A stretch of 43,231 nt of DNA from Chiloscyllium plagiosum (GCF_004010195.1 NC_057754.1:10195060-10238290), one strand, 5' to 3'; counted from the first letter of the stretch, positions 23,030 through 33,299 are shown. Program-made: numbers and translations. Notes: generated by a model not told the origin, from the sequence alone.

Positions 23030-23270
23030 GATTAAGCTAGGAGAGTTAGTACTATCTGAAGAAATATTGTTGGAACACTGTATGAGCCCATAGTCTTTGC
23101 AAACTCCAGTGCCTTCAACAATTTCTTGATACTATGTGGATTGAATCTAATTGGGTGAAGACTGGTACCTGGAAATTTGAGAATATCAACAAGAGGCTGA
23201 AATGGACCACACTCTCTACCTTTTGACTGATGATACTTGTGAATACTCCTCAAATAATGGTTTCTTCCTA
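23030..23270 (-). mobile_element. CR1/L2-group LINE ORF2 fragment (possibly the same family as 18695-19320)
   Basis: PIRFNPHSIKKLLKALEFAKTMGSYSVPTIFL, a decayed version of the pre-RT K(A/S)xGPDxIP segment. Confidence 0.65.
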
Positions 23271-23699
23271 TCTATCTTTGAGTTATCAGCAAATATACTT
23301 TCCATATCTTCAGTCTCTTTGTCCACATTAGTTACATAAATTATGTTGAGGAATCTGGATGTCCTGGTATGTTACTGTTTACTGCAAGCTACGACACTGG
23401 CTTCTGGTTTCATTGATCCTAACATAGATAAAGTGTGGAATTACGACCAAGGAACAAGGGTAGGCCATTTCGATTCTGCTCTTCAATAATATAATGATTG
23501 ATTTGATTTTAACTTCAACGTTAGCACCTCCCTAATAATCCTACATCATTCAAAACGTGGGGTGAGAATTACTCCCCTCGTTACCATACTTCAGGCAGTA
23601 TTTCACACGGGTTGAGTGTCATTAAGTCTTGTCAGACCAGGCTCAAGGGAAACCTGGCAGTATCAACCATCCACAAAGAGACTAAAACAACTTTCCCTG

Positions 23700-24110
23700 T
23701 GGCATTTTGCCCCCTACAAATATGGCCACCGCGCGTGCAGCGATTGCATGCTGCCTTTATAAATGTGCGCGTGCACCAATTTGCACGTTGCCCCCTAAAA
23801 ACATGGCGGCCGCAAAAGCGGGCCCACCGACTGCCACCCAGAGGCCAAGGCGTCGTGAACGCGGCACCGCGTGACTCATATTTGTGGTTTGAAGCCCACA
23901 CTGGTTGTATACGAAGGAGCCTCTCTGATCAGTCACCTCCATTTGCCTTACTCACCCGATGTCTCTCGCGACTGCTCTGGTTACAAATAACCGACCCTTC
24001 TGCGAGTGACAATGCGCATGCCCTGGTTAGTGTCTGGTACTGCGCACGCTCGAGGAGGAAAGGTATTGCACATGCTCCGGTGAGAGCCTGATAATGCGCT
24101 TGCGCAAGAA
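23700..24110 (-). promoter_or_regulatory. CpG-rich promoter and non-coding first exon, probably of the 14-finger gene
   Basis: The main CpG-dense non-TE tract in the window. NRF1-like TGCGCATGC variants at 24013, 24041, 24067, 24095; TCTCGCGA at 23964; minus-strand donor GG|GTGAGT at 23956/23955; YY1-like AAACATGGCGGC at 23799-23810. Confidence 0.72.
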
Positions 24111-24269
24111 TCTTGTCTGCAGTTGGAGCCTTCTCTCTGTTGAAAAGTTTTCTTGTTAACTCTAAAATAATGTGTTTTTTTCCTGATCCCATTACAATGT
24201 GTACCATAGATATAAAATGATTAAGTCAATGAATATAGCAAACAAATGCATGAGATTTGTGTCGTAATT

Positions 24270-24850
24270 CTATCCTGGATGTGGTGAGTAACAGAGAGAA
24301 AAAAAATTCCCTCATGTCAGATGTAAACAGACTGATGGAGTCATGTGAGGTTTTTCCCATTTAGGGAACACTCAAACCCTTTCTCACCTTAACCATCGAC
24401 TATCAAATCATTGGAATTTTTAAACTGGAGGATTGACAGGGGCAAAAGCTGAACAGATCTTTTTGCACAGGTAACATATCTGAACAATCTCCCTCGGTGT
24501 TATGATTAGCCATTATTAGACTGGGATGGGCAAAGTTAAAAATCACACTACACGAGGTTACAGTCCAACAGGTTTATTTGGAAGTACTCTCTTTCGGAGC
24601 GCTGATCCTTCATCAGGTAGTGGGGCAGGATCATAAGACACAGAATTTATAGCTCAAGATGTTGTGCTCCTACCCCTCTGACTACCTGACAAAGGAGCAG
24701 CGCTGCAAAAGCTAGTACTTGCAAATAAACATGTTGGACTATAAGCTTGTGTTTGTGTGATCTTTAACTTTGTCTCTCAGTGTGACAGTGCAATCCTGTC
24801 AGTAAGTGGGATGACTGAGTGAATCGATTTACACATTCTCTGGGTAACAG
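24270..24850 (-). pseudogene. Very decayed zinc-finger remnant split by a PLE insertion
   Basis: Minus strand GATTCACTCAGTCATCCCACTTACTGACA (FTQSSHLLT) near 24796-24825; TCCTGGATGTGGTGAGTAACAG near 24273 resembles the ZNF 3' motif. Confidence 0.45.
24531..24773. mobile_element. PLE family C 3' ends in inverted arrangement (two hammerhead motifs)
   Basis: CAAAGTTAAAAATCACAC..AGTCCAACAGGTTTATTTGGAAGTACT..TTTCGGAGCGCTGATCCTTCATCAGGTAG pairs with CTACCTGACAAAGGAGCAGCGCTGCAAAAGCTAGTACTTGCAAATAAACATGTTGGACT..GTGTGATCTTTAACTTTG. Confidence 0.85.
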
Positions 24851-25929
24851 TCCTATTCTAGTAAGGTGCAAGTACAGAATTCAAGAAGGACTGTGAGGGT
24901 CTTGAGCAGTTTCACCAAGGAACTGAGGAGATATTGGAGGTTTTTGCAGGATTAAACGTGGATAAATCCCCTGGTCCAGCTGAGTTGTCTCCCAGGTTGT
25001 TGTGGAAGATGAGGAATGAAATTACATGTGCTCTGTCCCAAAGTTTTACTTTCTCCCTAGCCAAAAGAGAGATGCTAAAGGACTGGAGGGCAGCTCATTT
25101 AGTTCCACTTTTTAAGAAGGGTGGTAGACATGAACCAGGGAATTACAGTCTAGTGAGTCTCACATCAGTGGTCAAGAAACTGTTGAAAACTGTGAAGGAG
25201 GGAATTAATTGCCATTTGTCAAGGCAAGGTTTGATTCAGAATAATCAGCATGAAACTTTCTCAGAGGAAGGTCATAAAGTTACAGTCAGAGACGTGTACA
25301 GCATGGAAACAGACCCTTTGGTCCAACTTATCCATACCGACCAGATATCTTAATCTAGTTCCATTTGCCAGCATTTGACCCATATCCTCCAGACCCTTCC
25401 TATTTATATACCCATCCAAATGCCTTTTAACTGTTGCAATTGTACCAGCCTCCAACACTTCCTCTGGCAGTTCATTCCATACTCACACCAACCCTCTGCA
25501 TGGAAAGAGTTGTCCCTTAGATTCCTTTTAAGTCTTTGCCCTCTCACTTTAAACCTGTACCCTCTAGTAGACTGCCCTACCCTGGGGAAAAGACCTTGAC
25601 TCTTCACCCTATCCATACCTCCCCCCCATGATTTTACAAACATTTAAGTAATGCCGAACATGTCTGATTAAATGTTTTGAGGAGGTATTCGGGTGTGCAG
25701 ATGAGGATAATGAAGTTAATATAGTTAAATGGATTTCAGCAAAGTCTTTGACATAGAAACATAGAAAATAAATGCAGGTATGGTCCATTTGGCCGTTCAA
25801 TTCTGTACCACCATTCAATATGATTGTGGCTGATCATACATTTTTTTCTCCACACCCCTTGATCCCTTTAGCTGCAAGGGTCACAACCAGCTCCCTCCTG
25901 AATATATCTAATGAACTGGCCCCAACAGT

Positions 25930-26249
25930 GGGCGGCACGGTGGCACAGTGGTTAGCACTGCTGCCTCACAGCGCCAGAGACCCGGGTTCAATTCCCGACT
26001 CAGGCGACTGACTGTGTGGAGTTTGCACATTCTCCCCGTGTCTGCGTGGGTTTTCTCCGGGTGCTCCGGTTTCCTCCCACAGTCACAAAGATGTGCGGGT
26101 CAGGTGAATTGGCCATGCTAAATTGCCCGTAGTGTTAGGTTAAAAGGGTAAGTGTAGGGGTATGGATGGGTTGCGCTTCGGCGGGTCGGTGTGGACTTGT
26201 TGGGCCGAAGGGCCTGTTTCCACACTGTAAGTAATCTAATCTAATCTAA
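25930..26249 (+). mobile_element. HE1-type SINE, full length, young (CpGs intact)
   Basis: GGGCGGCACGGTGGCACAGTGGTTAGCACTGCTGCCTCACAGCGCCAGAGACCCGGGTTCAATTCCC ... GGGCCGAAGGGCCTGTTTCCACACTGTAAGTAATCTAATCTAATCTAA. Confidence 0.95.
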
Positions 26250-26866
26250 GAATTCTACAGGTTCACAACTCTCTGAGTGAAGAAATTCTTCCTCATCTCA
26301 GTCCTGAATGGCTTACCCCTTATTCTAAGACTGTGACCCCCTATTTCTGGACTTCCCCAATGTTGGAAACATTCTTCTCACACTCGGCCTATCCAGTCCC
26401 ATCAGGATTTTATATGTTTCTATGAGATCCCCCCCCCCCCCACCTCAATTCTTCTAAATTCCAGCGAATACAAGCCTAGCCGATCCAGCCTTTCTTCGTA
26501 TGTCAGTCCTGCCATCCTGGGAATCGGTCTTGCGAACCTTTACTGAACTCCCTCAATAGCAAGAATGTCCTTCCTCAGACTAGGAGACCAAAACTGTACA
26601 CAATACTCAATGTGTGGTCCCACCAAGGCCCTGTATAACTGCAGCAAGACATCCCGACTCCTGTACTCAAATCCTCTCACTGTGAAGGCCAGCTTTCCTT
26701 ACTGCCTGCTGTATCTGCATGCCAATCTGTTCCACCACTGCACCTCACTAACACAGGTCCCACAGAAAAGTCCATGAGATCCATGGTAACTTGGCAAGTT
26801 GGATTCAAAATTAATTTGGTGGTAGGGTACAGAGGATAGTGGTAGAAGCCTGTTTGTGTGACTGGA

Positions 26867-26951
26867 TGAAGGGCTTTTGTCTGAAAAGTCCATTTTCCTG
26901 CTCCTCGGACGCTGCCTGACCTGCTGTGCTTTTCCCGCACCACACTAATCT
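26867..26951 (+). mobile_element. 85-bp PLE family B tail insertion
   Basis: TGAAGGGCTTTTGTCTGAAAAGTCCATTTTCCTGCTCCTCGGACGCTGCCTGACCTGCTGTGCTTTTCC; TSD TGACTGGA at 26859-26866 and 26952-26959. Confidence 0.8.
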
Positions 26952-29067
26952 TGACTGGAACCCAATGTCAAGTGACATACCGCAAGGATTAGTGCTGGGT
27001 CCCTTTGTGATATATATAAAGGACTTATAAGAAAATGCGGGGGCAATGGTAAGTGAGTTTGCAGATGACATGAAGACTGGCAGGGTGGTTGGTAGGGAGG
27101 AAGAAGGTCTTAGGTTCCAGGAGGATAGTAAAGGATTGGTCAGATAAGCAGACCAACAGTAGATGGAATGTAACCATGAAAACCATGAGTTGATGCACTT
27201 TGGAAATAACAAGTCAAGGGAGTACTCAATGAATGTCAAAACACCAGGAAGTTCAGAGGAACAGAGGGATTTTGCATGCTTGTCCACAGATCTCCAAGGT
27301 CAACAGGACAGGTTAAGGCGTACGTTTCCCTTTATCAGTCAAGGCATAGGTTATAAGAGCAGGGAGGTTATGTTGGAGCTGGATGATACCTTAGTTGGAC
27401 CACAGCTGAAGTACTGTGTGCAATCTGGTCACCACATCATGAGGGATGTGATTGCACGGGAGGTGGGGCAGATGAGATTCCGAGGCTGTTGCCTGGGATG
27501 GAGAGTTTAGTCATGAAGAGAGGCTGGAAAAGCTCAGGTTGTTTCCTTCAGAGCAGCGGAGGCTAAGAGGGTGTTGATTGAAGTGTGTAGTATTATAAGG
27601 GGCAATGATAGGGTTGACAGAAAGCACCCATTCCCTTAGTTGAAGGGTCAGTAACAAGGATGCATAATTTTAAGGTAAAAGGCAGGAGGGTTTAAAGGGG
27701 ATTTGAAGAAATGTTCTTCACCCTGAGGGTGGTGGGAATCTGGAATGTATTGCCTTGGAGGGCAGTTAATTTGGGAAATCTCAACTGGTAAACAGTACTT
27801 GGATGAGAACTTGAAATGTCATAACATTCAAGGCTATGGACCAAATGCTAGAAAATAGGACTTGTTTAGATTGAGAGTAGTTTTTGGTGCTGCAGACTTG
27901 ATGGGCTGCTCTGTACGATTCTATGATGTAGCTGTGAATTTACAACTCACAGCAGCCTTTCAAGCTTTTGAGGTAATGAGCTCCATATTCTCAAGGTTCT
28001 CAGGTCAAAGAAAAGGCAAAATGGGTGCCACTGTGAGACGAGTTAGGAAGTTGAAATGTCATGCTTAATTTTGTTGTTATTATCACAATTGAAGCATATT
28101 CGTAGATTAATCAAATCTGCTTAACTGTAAGTGAAATAGCTTTTCATACTGGAATAACATATGACTCTGCTGAACCTCACTTAACAGTGCAATGCACTAT
28201 GTGGTTGTGAACAGAATGAAGGGAACACATAAGTATGTGTAAATTGCAAGACTATATAGAAATCTGGGTTTACCTCATTTCCATTTCACAAGGCCTGGTT
28301 ATGAGAACTTGCGACCTTCAAGTTTAAATGAGTGGGGTTTACATTTCTTCGCTTGTTCAGTCCTCATTGAGAGAAAATGGTGTTATCAACAGAGGAAGAC
28401 TGGGAGAGAGTTACAACAGAGAGCCAACAGGGGAAGATTGTCTGTCAGTCCTGCACTCTAAACAGAGAAAACCTTAACGGCTATGTTGGACTGCAGATAT
28501 AATTCAAACTTAATTTGTCATTTGTAAAGGAAGAACCAACTACATGATTTGCCAAGTTTGCAGTTCGAGAAAGATATCAGTTATTGTTTTTCCAGAGTTT
28601 TGTTGCAGAAAGTAGTCAGCAGAGTTAGCTCGGAAGCTATCAGAATGCATTTACATGTCTGTTAGCAGCAGATGTCTGAGCTGAGGCATTCACATTTGTG
28701 AAATTAAGGTTGCTTCGCCAAAAAGCCTAAAAATATTATCTCAGAGAAATCCTGTCCTCTCAGTTATGTGTGTGTGTGTCTGTCTGTGTGTGTGTGTGTT
28801 TATTAATATTTCAAGCCTCTGGTTAACTGCTGTGTTATGATTTGTTTTATATTTTGATGTTCCTGTGGTGTTATTTCACACAGTGGAGAGGGTGGTGTGC
28901 AGATAAAGCTGGGTTCTTGCTGTGTAATTTTGCTGCAAAATGCTCCCACTCCCCCTTCCAGCTAACCTTCTCTCTTTTATCCCAAGGAACTTCTGTTTGG
29001 AAAGATGCCATGTGAAGATCCAAAATGTTTGGGGCCAGGAAAGCCTTGAACAAGAACAACCTGCTCT

Positions 29068-29645
29068 TAGGGTTTAGAAAGGATTTACAAGGATGTTGCC
29101 AGGGTTGGAGGCTTTGAGCTATAGGGAGAGGTTGAATAGGCTGGAGCTGTTTTCCCTGGAGTGTCGGAGGCTGAGGGGTGACCTTATAGAGATTTATGAA
29201 ATCATGAGGGGCATGGCTAGGGTAAATTCCTGGGGTGGGGGAGTTCAGAACTAGAGGACATACGTTGAGGGTGAGAAAGGAAAGATATAAAAAGGACCTA
29301 AAGGGCAACTTTTTAATGCCGAAGGTGGTGTTTCTATGGAGTCGAGAGTGTGGTGCTGGAAAAGCACAGCAGGTCAGGCAGCATCCGAGGAACAGGAGAA
29401 TCGACATTTCGGGTAAAAGCCCTTCATCAGGAATGTGTTTGGAAATGAGCTGCCAGACGAAGTGGTGGAGGCTGGTACAATTGCAACCTTTAAAAGGCAT
29501 CTGGATGGACGTATGAATAGGAAAGGTTGAGAGGGATATGGGCCAAATGCTGGCAAATGGGACTAGATTAGGTTAGGATATCTGGTCGGCATGGACAAGT
29601 TGGACCGAAGGGTCTGTTTCCTTGCTGTACATCTCAATGACTCTG
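29068..29645 (+). mobile_element. CR1/HER1 3' end
   Basis: LPGLEALSYRERLNRLELFSLECRRLRGDLIEIYEIMRG; 3' UTR ends TTGGACCGAAGGGTCTGTTTCC. Confidence 0.9.
29340..29436 (-). mobile_element. PLE family B tail with hammerhead motif, inserted in CR1
   Basis: Minus strand ATTCCTGATGAAGGGCTTTTACCCGAAATGTCGATTCTCCTGTTCCTCGGATGCTGCCTGACCTGCTGTGCTTTTCCAGCACCACACTCTCGACTC. Confidence 0.82.
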
Positions 29646-30204
29646 TAACAGGAAGGAACAAACATGGAAGAGCAGTTTTTCTGTAAATTGGCTTTTTTTT
29701 TTAAAACTTGTCGTACCTGAAGAAAAAGAATTGGGTTTGGTTAGTGAAATTTTTGTCTGGCAGTTCACTTCTGCAACAGTGTGTGTTCATGTTTTGTGGG
29801 TATCTCATCATTTCGAATTTTACTTCTCAAGACTGTGTCTTGACCGAATGTATAAGGACATCTCCGAATCTCACTCTGTAAACATACTTATGTCTTTGTG
29901 TTAGACCGCCAGTGACAGCCATGTTCTGAAGTAAGATCCGAAGAATAGAAATATGATTCCAACCAGATAATCTGTTTAGTCTTGTCTTTGTGAGATAAAT
30001 ATTGAGCAATTCACCAGGAAGGATTCTCCTGATGTTTGGAAATAACATGATGAATGATCAATGGAGAGAGCTTCCTCTAATGCTCAATTCAATTCTTCAG
30101 ATTTTATAAGGTCATTTCCAACAAATCTCCGAATCTCGAGAAAGGAATCTCCTTACTGACTTCTCACCTCCCCAGCTGTTTCTGAGCTTCAGCAGATACA
30201 TATG

Positions 30205-30540
30205 TCACCGACTCAACCTTTCCTCATCAGACAATATGTCCATTCCAACCGTTAGTTGAATATTCTCTGAACTGCTTCCAATAGATTTCCTTAAATAAAG
30301 ATACCAATACTTCCAGTATTCCAGATGCCCTTTACAGCTGAAGCATAATCTCTTCAATTTTGTATTTAATTTCCTTTGTAATAAACAATAGCATTCTTTG
30401 AACTTTCCTAAACATTTGTTGTACCTGTATATCAACTTTTTGCAATTTATGCAGGACACCCAGATCTTTCAGGATATGTTTCTCAACCCTATTCTTCTGC
30501 CTTCTCCCCATAACCCCCTCATTGATCAAGAACCTATTGC
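30205..30540 (-). mobile_element. Degraded CR1 fragments
   Basis: DLGVLHKLQKVDIQVQQ..MLLFITKEIKYKIEEIMLQL; GHLEYW; SDEERLSR. Confidence 0.75.
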
Positions 30541-30542
30541 TT

Positions 30543-31203
30543 TGGGGAAAATCACCAGCCTCGGAGTCAGAGTCGGGGTTCAATGACAGAGTTTATTGTA
30601 CAAGGAAATATCGGAGCTCTAGCGAGAGAAAGACACCAACAGTACAGTGGTCAGCTATGAGTCTTCTCTCAACCCAGAGCACATGTCAAGATACTTTTAT
30701 ACATTTTGTAATAATAGGTCAGTGATGAGGTTATTTGTAACATGGTTTGTTTATGGTAATCATTGCAGAATCGTTAATAGTTTTGGTGCAGTCATTGTCA
30801 GTTCCAGTGCAGCCTTTGTTAATTCAGCACATTCGTTGTCAGTTTCAGAACAGACATTGTCAGATTACTGCAGCCCTAACTATTAGGATTTCGTATTGAG
30901 TCTATATCAAGCTGTCAGCATTTCAGTCAAAGGTGTTGGCTGGACCCGGACTCCCTAGCAGGCAGTGTACGCTACTCGTGTACTCTCTCCCCCACACGCC
31001 TTAAACTAATCAACTAAGTTGTGAGTGCATTGTACTGGCATTCTGGTGGCCCCAGGCAGTGTCTGTATTCGCTCTGCTGTCTTTCTCCATATTGTGGTAC
31101 GTCAGCCATCTTGTGTGTCAAGTGGCCAACTGATGGCTCAGCGGCCATCTTGTGTGTCCATGTGCCTAGTGTCACTCTGCCCTGTGCCATCTCGCACTTC
31201 ACA
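30543..31203 (-). mobile_element. 3' LTR of an endogenous retrovirus (about 660 bp)
   Basis: Starts TG immediately after the polypurine tract AAAGGGGGG (31212-31204); TATAAAA at 30701-30695; AATAAA at 30597-30592; ends TTTTCCCCA. Confidence 0.75.
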
Positions 31204-31299
31204 CCCCCCTTTGTGATCAAGGAGGTGACTTCGGAGATCTCCCGCAGACCACCCAATTCACATGTAGAGGTAGGTCATCTCTGGGAGCTCCTCCTCCCG

Positions 31300-32030
31300 A
31301 GGTGTATCATGGAGTGCCAATTTCATTGGGGGCTGTTCCGTGGTGACACTCGCTGCTGGTACAGTTCTGGTCAGTAGCAACTTACAGCAGAGCTTTAAAC
31401 ACCAAGGCCCACACAGAATACCAGCGTGAGGAGAACTATCCCATGTGCTAAATAGGGTCCCTAAGATTTACCTAGCAACCAATTTTGCCAGCTGTCTGTA
31501 ATTGTGGCTCCCTGTCGAAAACTATCTAGCTGGTCTCGGATATTCTTGATGGCTTCTGTAAGGCTAAAAGAGGCATCAATAACATGGGTGATATAATGTC
31601 ACCAATAGTTGTACAAACTCCCCCATGCTGTGCTAATTGATAATCCACCACGTAATGTGTCTGCTATGTGTCGAGTCTGAGTTCAGCCAGCTCTGTATTA
31701 ATTTTTTTCCAGGGCTTTTGAGGTATTATTGCCTAAGATAGTCAGGCCAGATACAAGATACAAGATCATTTTGATTTTTAGCGCTGACAACCCCTACTGT
31801 GCCCCCCAAAGATAAAGAATCCATATCCCAATGATGACCCCAAAGTGGTGGGGACCTGCTGGTCAGCACGGAACTCCTGACTGATGGAGCGGGTCACTAT
31901 CTTTCTCTGAATATATATCCCCCACTGGGGCATGGTACAGTAAGGGATTACCCCTACTGAAAACAGGTTTGGGAGGTCTGGGGTGTCTGTGGCATAAGTC
32001 CCCCTAAACAGAAAAACAAATCCCTTTGCC
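31300..32030 (-). pseudogene. env: ERV env remnant (TM subunit; SU mostly deleted)
   Basis: RKIVTR|SI cleavage-like site (about 31906-31889), fusion-peptide-like LGYGFFIFGGTVGVV, heptad NTELAELRL, immunosuppressive-domain-like QTHYVVDYQLAQHGGVCTTIG, WQNWLL and hydrophobic anchor GIVLLTLVFCVGLGV; stops and frameshifts. Confidence 0.82.
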
Positions 32031-32159
32031 GTCGGTAACGTACATTGTCCTGTCCTTCCATCTGTCTATCCACCCGTATCGCCCCTGATCCCCCGGGCAC
32101 TCCCTCCCCGTCCCTGTCTGCACCTGGGGAATGGTCAATGACATTAGTTTGGTCACAGG

Positions 32160-33045
32160 AGTCTTTAAACGGTGTTAGTTGGGTCCAGTGCTTCCATGTG
32201 CCTTTCCCTTTAATAACCCCACTTATTACCACATCATATGGCCTATTCCATTTTGGGGCAAAGCCTGGTCTGTCAGGCAATGCTCACACTTGGACACGGC
32301 TTCCTGATGCAAGGACCTCAGGGAAGATTTCGACTTCCCCTGCTTTGTCCTTTTTGTCCTTCTGGGAGGTGATAGGAAATGCGATTTTTTTTGTTTAATG
32401 CCGAGTAATTGACAGACAGTCTTAATTTCGTTCCCTGTGAAATGTGTCCCTTCTTCAGTGTCGATCTGGAGGGCTCCCCCACCTCGGTATTACCTCCTCT
32501 ACCAATATTCTGGCTACAGTGGATGTGGTGCAGCTTTTGGGTAGGAATGCTTCCAGCCACCAGGTAAATTGGTCTATGATGACCAGGCAGGATGTTTTCC
32601 CACGGGAGGGTGGTAGTAGCCCTGTAAGATCTATTTGAAGGTGTCTCCAGGGTCCCCTAGGTTTGGACTGGTGTCCCATCCTAACTTTTATGAGTCTCCC
32701 TGGATTATGTTGTGCACAAACCATGCATCTGTGGCAGTACTTGGCCACATCTCCTCCCACTCCCTTCCACCACCACTCTCTCCCTCGGCTTCCTATAATG
32801 GCCTCTCCACCTGTATGGGAGAGCCCATAGTGCAGTTCAAGCAATGTGTTCTGTATACGTGCTGGTGCCAACACCTTGTCTGCTCATCTCCAGACACCAT
32901 CCTCCCCTTTGACTGCTGCCTGCAGTCTCCATTGCTCTCTCTCTTCCTGCAGGGTATCCTCCTGTAGCTGCAGAATTTGGATAATGTCTTTTGCTATTTC
33001 AACAGTGGCTATTGCAGCCTCGTCAATGGCGACTTTTCCTAGGGC
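32160..33045 (-). pseudogene. pol: ERV pol remnant: end of RNase H and integrase (class I, gamma/epsilon-like)
   Basis: HYGLSHTG..WWW..CHRCMVCAQHN (HHCC), PWRHLQIDLT..LVIIDQFTWWLEAF..VIPRWGSP (first D), frameshifted IDTEEGTHF, and C-terminal FAPKWNRPYDV; part of the core is deleted. Confidence 0.9.
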
Positions 33046-33049
33046 TTTC

Positions 33050-33295
33050 TGAGCTGAAGGATGTTGTAGGTTACAGAGAGACATAGATAAGCTGCAGAGC
33101 TGGGCTGAGAGGTGGCAAATGGAGTTTAATGCGGACAAGTGTGAGGTGATTCACTTTGGTCAGAGTAACTGGAATGCAAAGTACTGAGCTAATGGTAAGA
33201 TTCTTGGTCGTGTAGATGAGCAGAGAGATCACGGGGTCCAGGTACACAGATCCTGGAAAGTTGCCACCCAGGTTGACAGGGTTATTAAGAAGGAT
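33050..33295 (+). mobile_element. CR1 RT fragment truncating the ERV
   Basis: GCCRLQRDIDKLQSWAERWQMEFNADKCEVIHFG. Confidence 0.9.
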
Positions 33296-33299
33296 AGCT

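Larger units (their letters stand above)
24934..27925. mobile_element. Mosaic of CR1 LINEs: plus-strand RT-to-3' element interrupted by minus-strand CR1 3' ends (25270-25645, 25750-26720), a SINE and a PLE tail
   Basis: VDKSPGPAELSPRLL..LVPLFKKGGRHEPGNYSLVSL (24934); PQGLVLGP and FADDMK near 26980-27075; GPQLKYCVQ; minus-strand 3' UTRs. Confidence 0.85.

Noticed and set aside
23612..24091. 159-aa plus-strand ORF and overlapping minus ORFs
   Set aside because: TTG start, no recognisable domain, and explained by stop depletion in a GC-rich promoter.
24013..24106. Regularly spaced short repeats with unique spacers, superficially CRISPR-like
   Set aside because: Repeats are only about 10 bp and degenerate, the context is vertebrate and there are no cas genes; better explained as transcription-factor sites.
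24531..24773. Long inverted repeats read as DNA-transposon MITEs or miRNA hairpins
   Set aside because: The arms match PLE 3' ends seen singly elsewhere in the window (12860-12945, 34135-34255) and contain hammerhead motifs; no TA-flanked TIR structure.
25930..26010. tRNA-like sequence with A and B boxes (also at the heads of the SINEs ending at 1450 and 9927 and starting at 35349)
   Set aside because: These are SINE heads continuing into the HE1 core and LINE-derived tail, not standalone tRNA genes.
27930..29820. Possible solo LTR around the CR1 insertion
   Set aside because: Composition is LTR-like, but I could not identify convincing TG...CA termini, PBS, PPT or TSD.
30541..30996. Possible separate solo LTR bounded by TTTGGGG...CCCCACA
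   Set aside because: The polypurine tract at 31204-31212 places the LTR start at 31203, and TATA and poly(A) signals fit one continuous LTR. A nested LTR cannot be fully excluded without a consensus.
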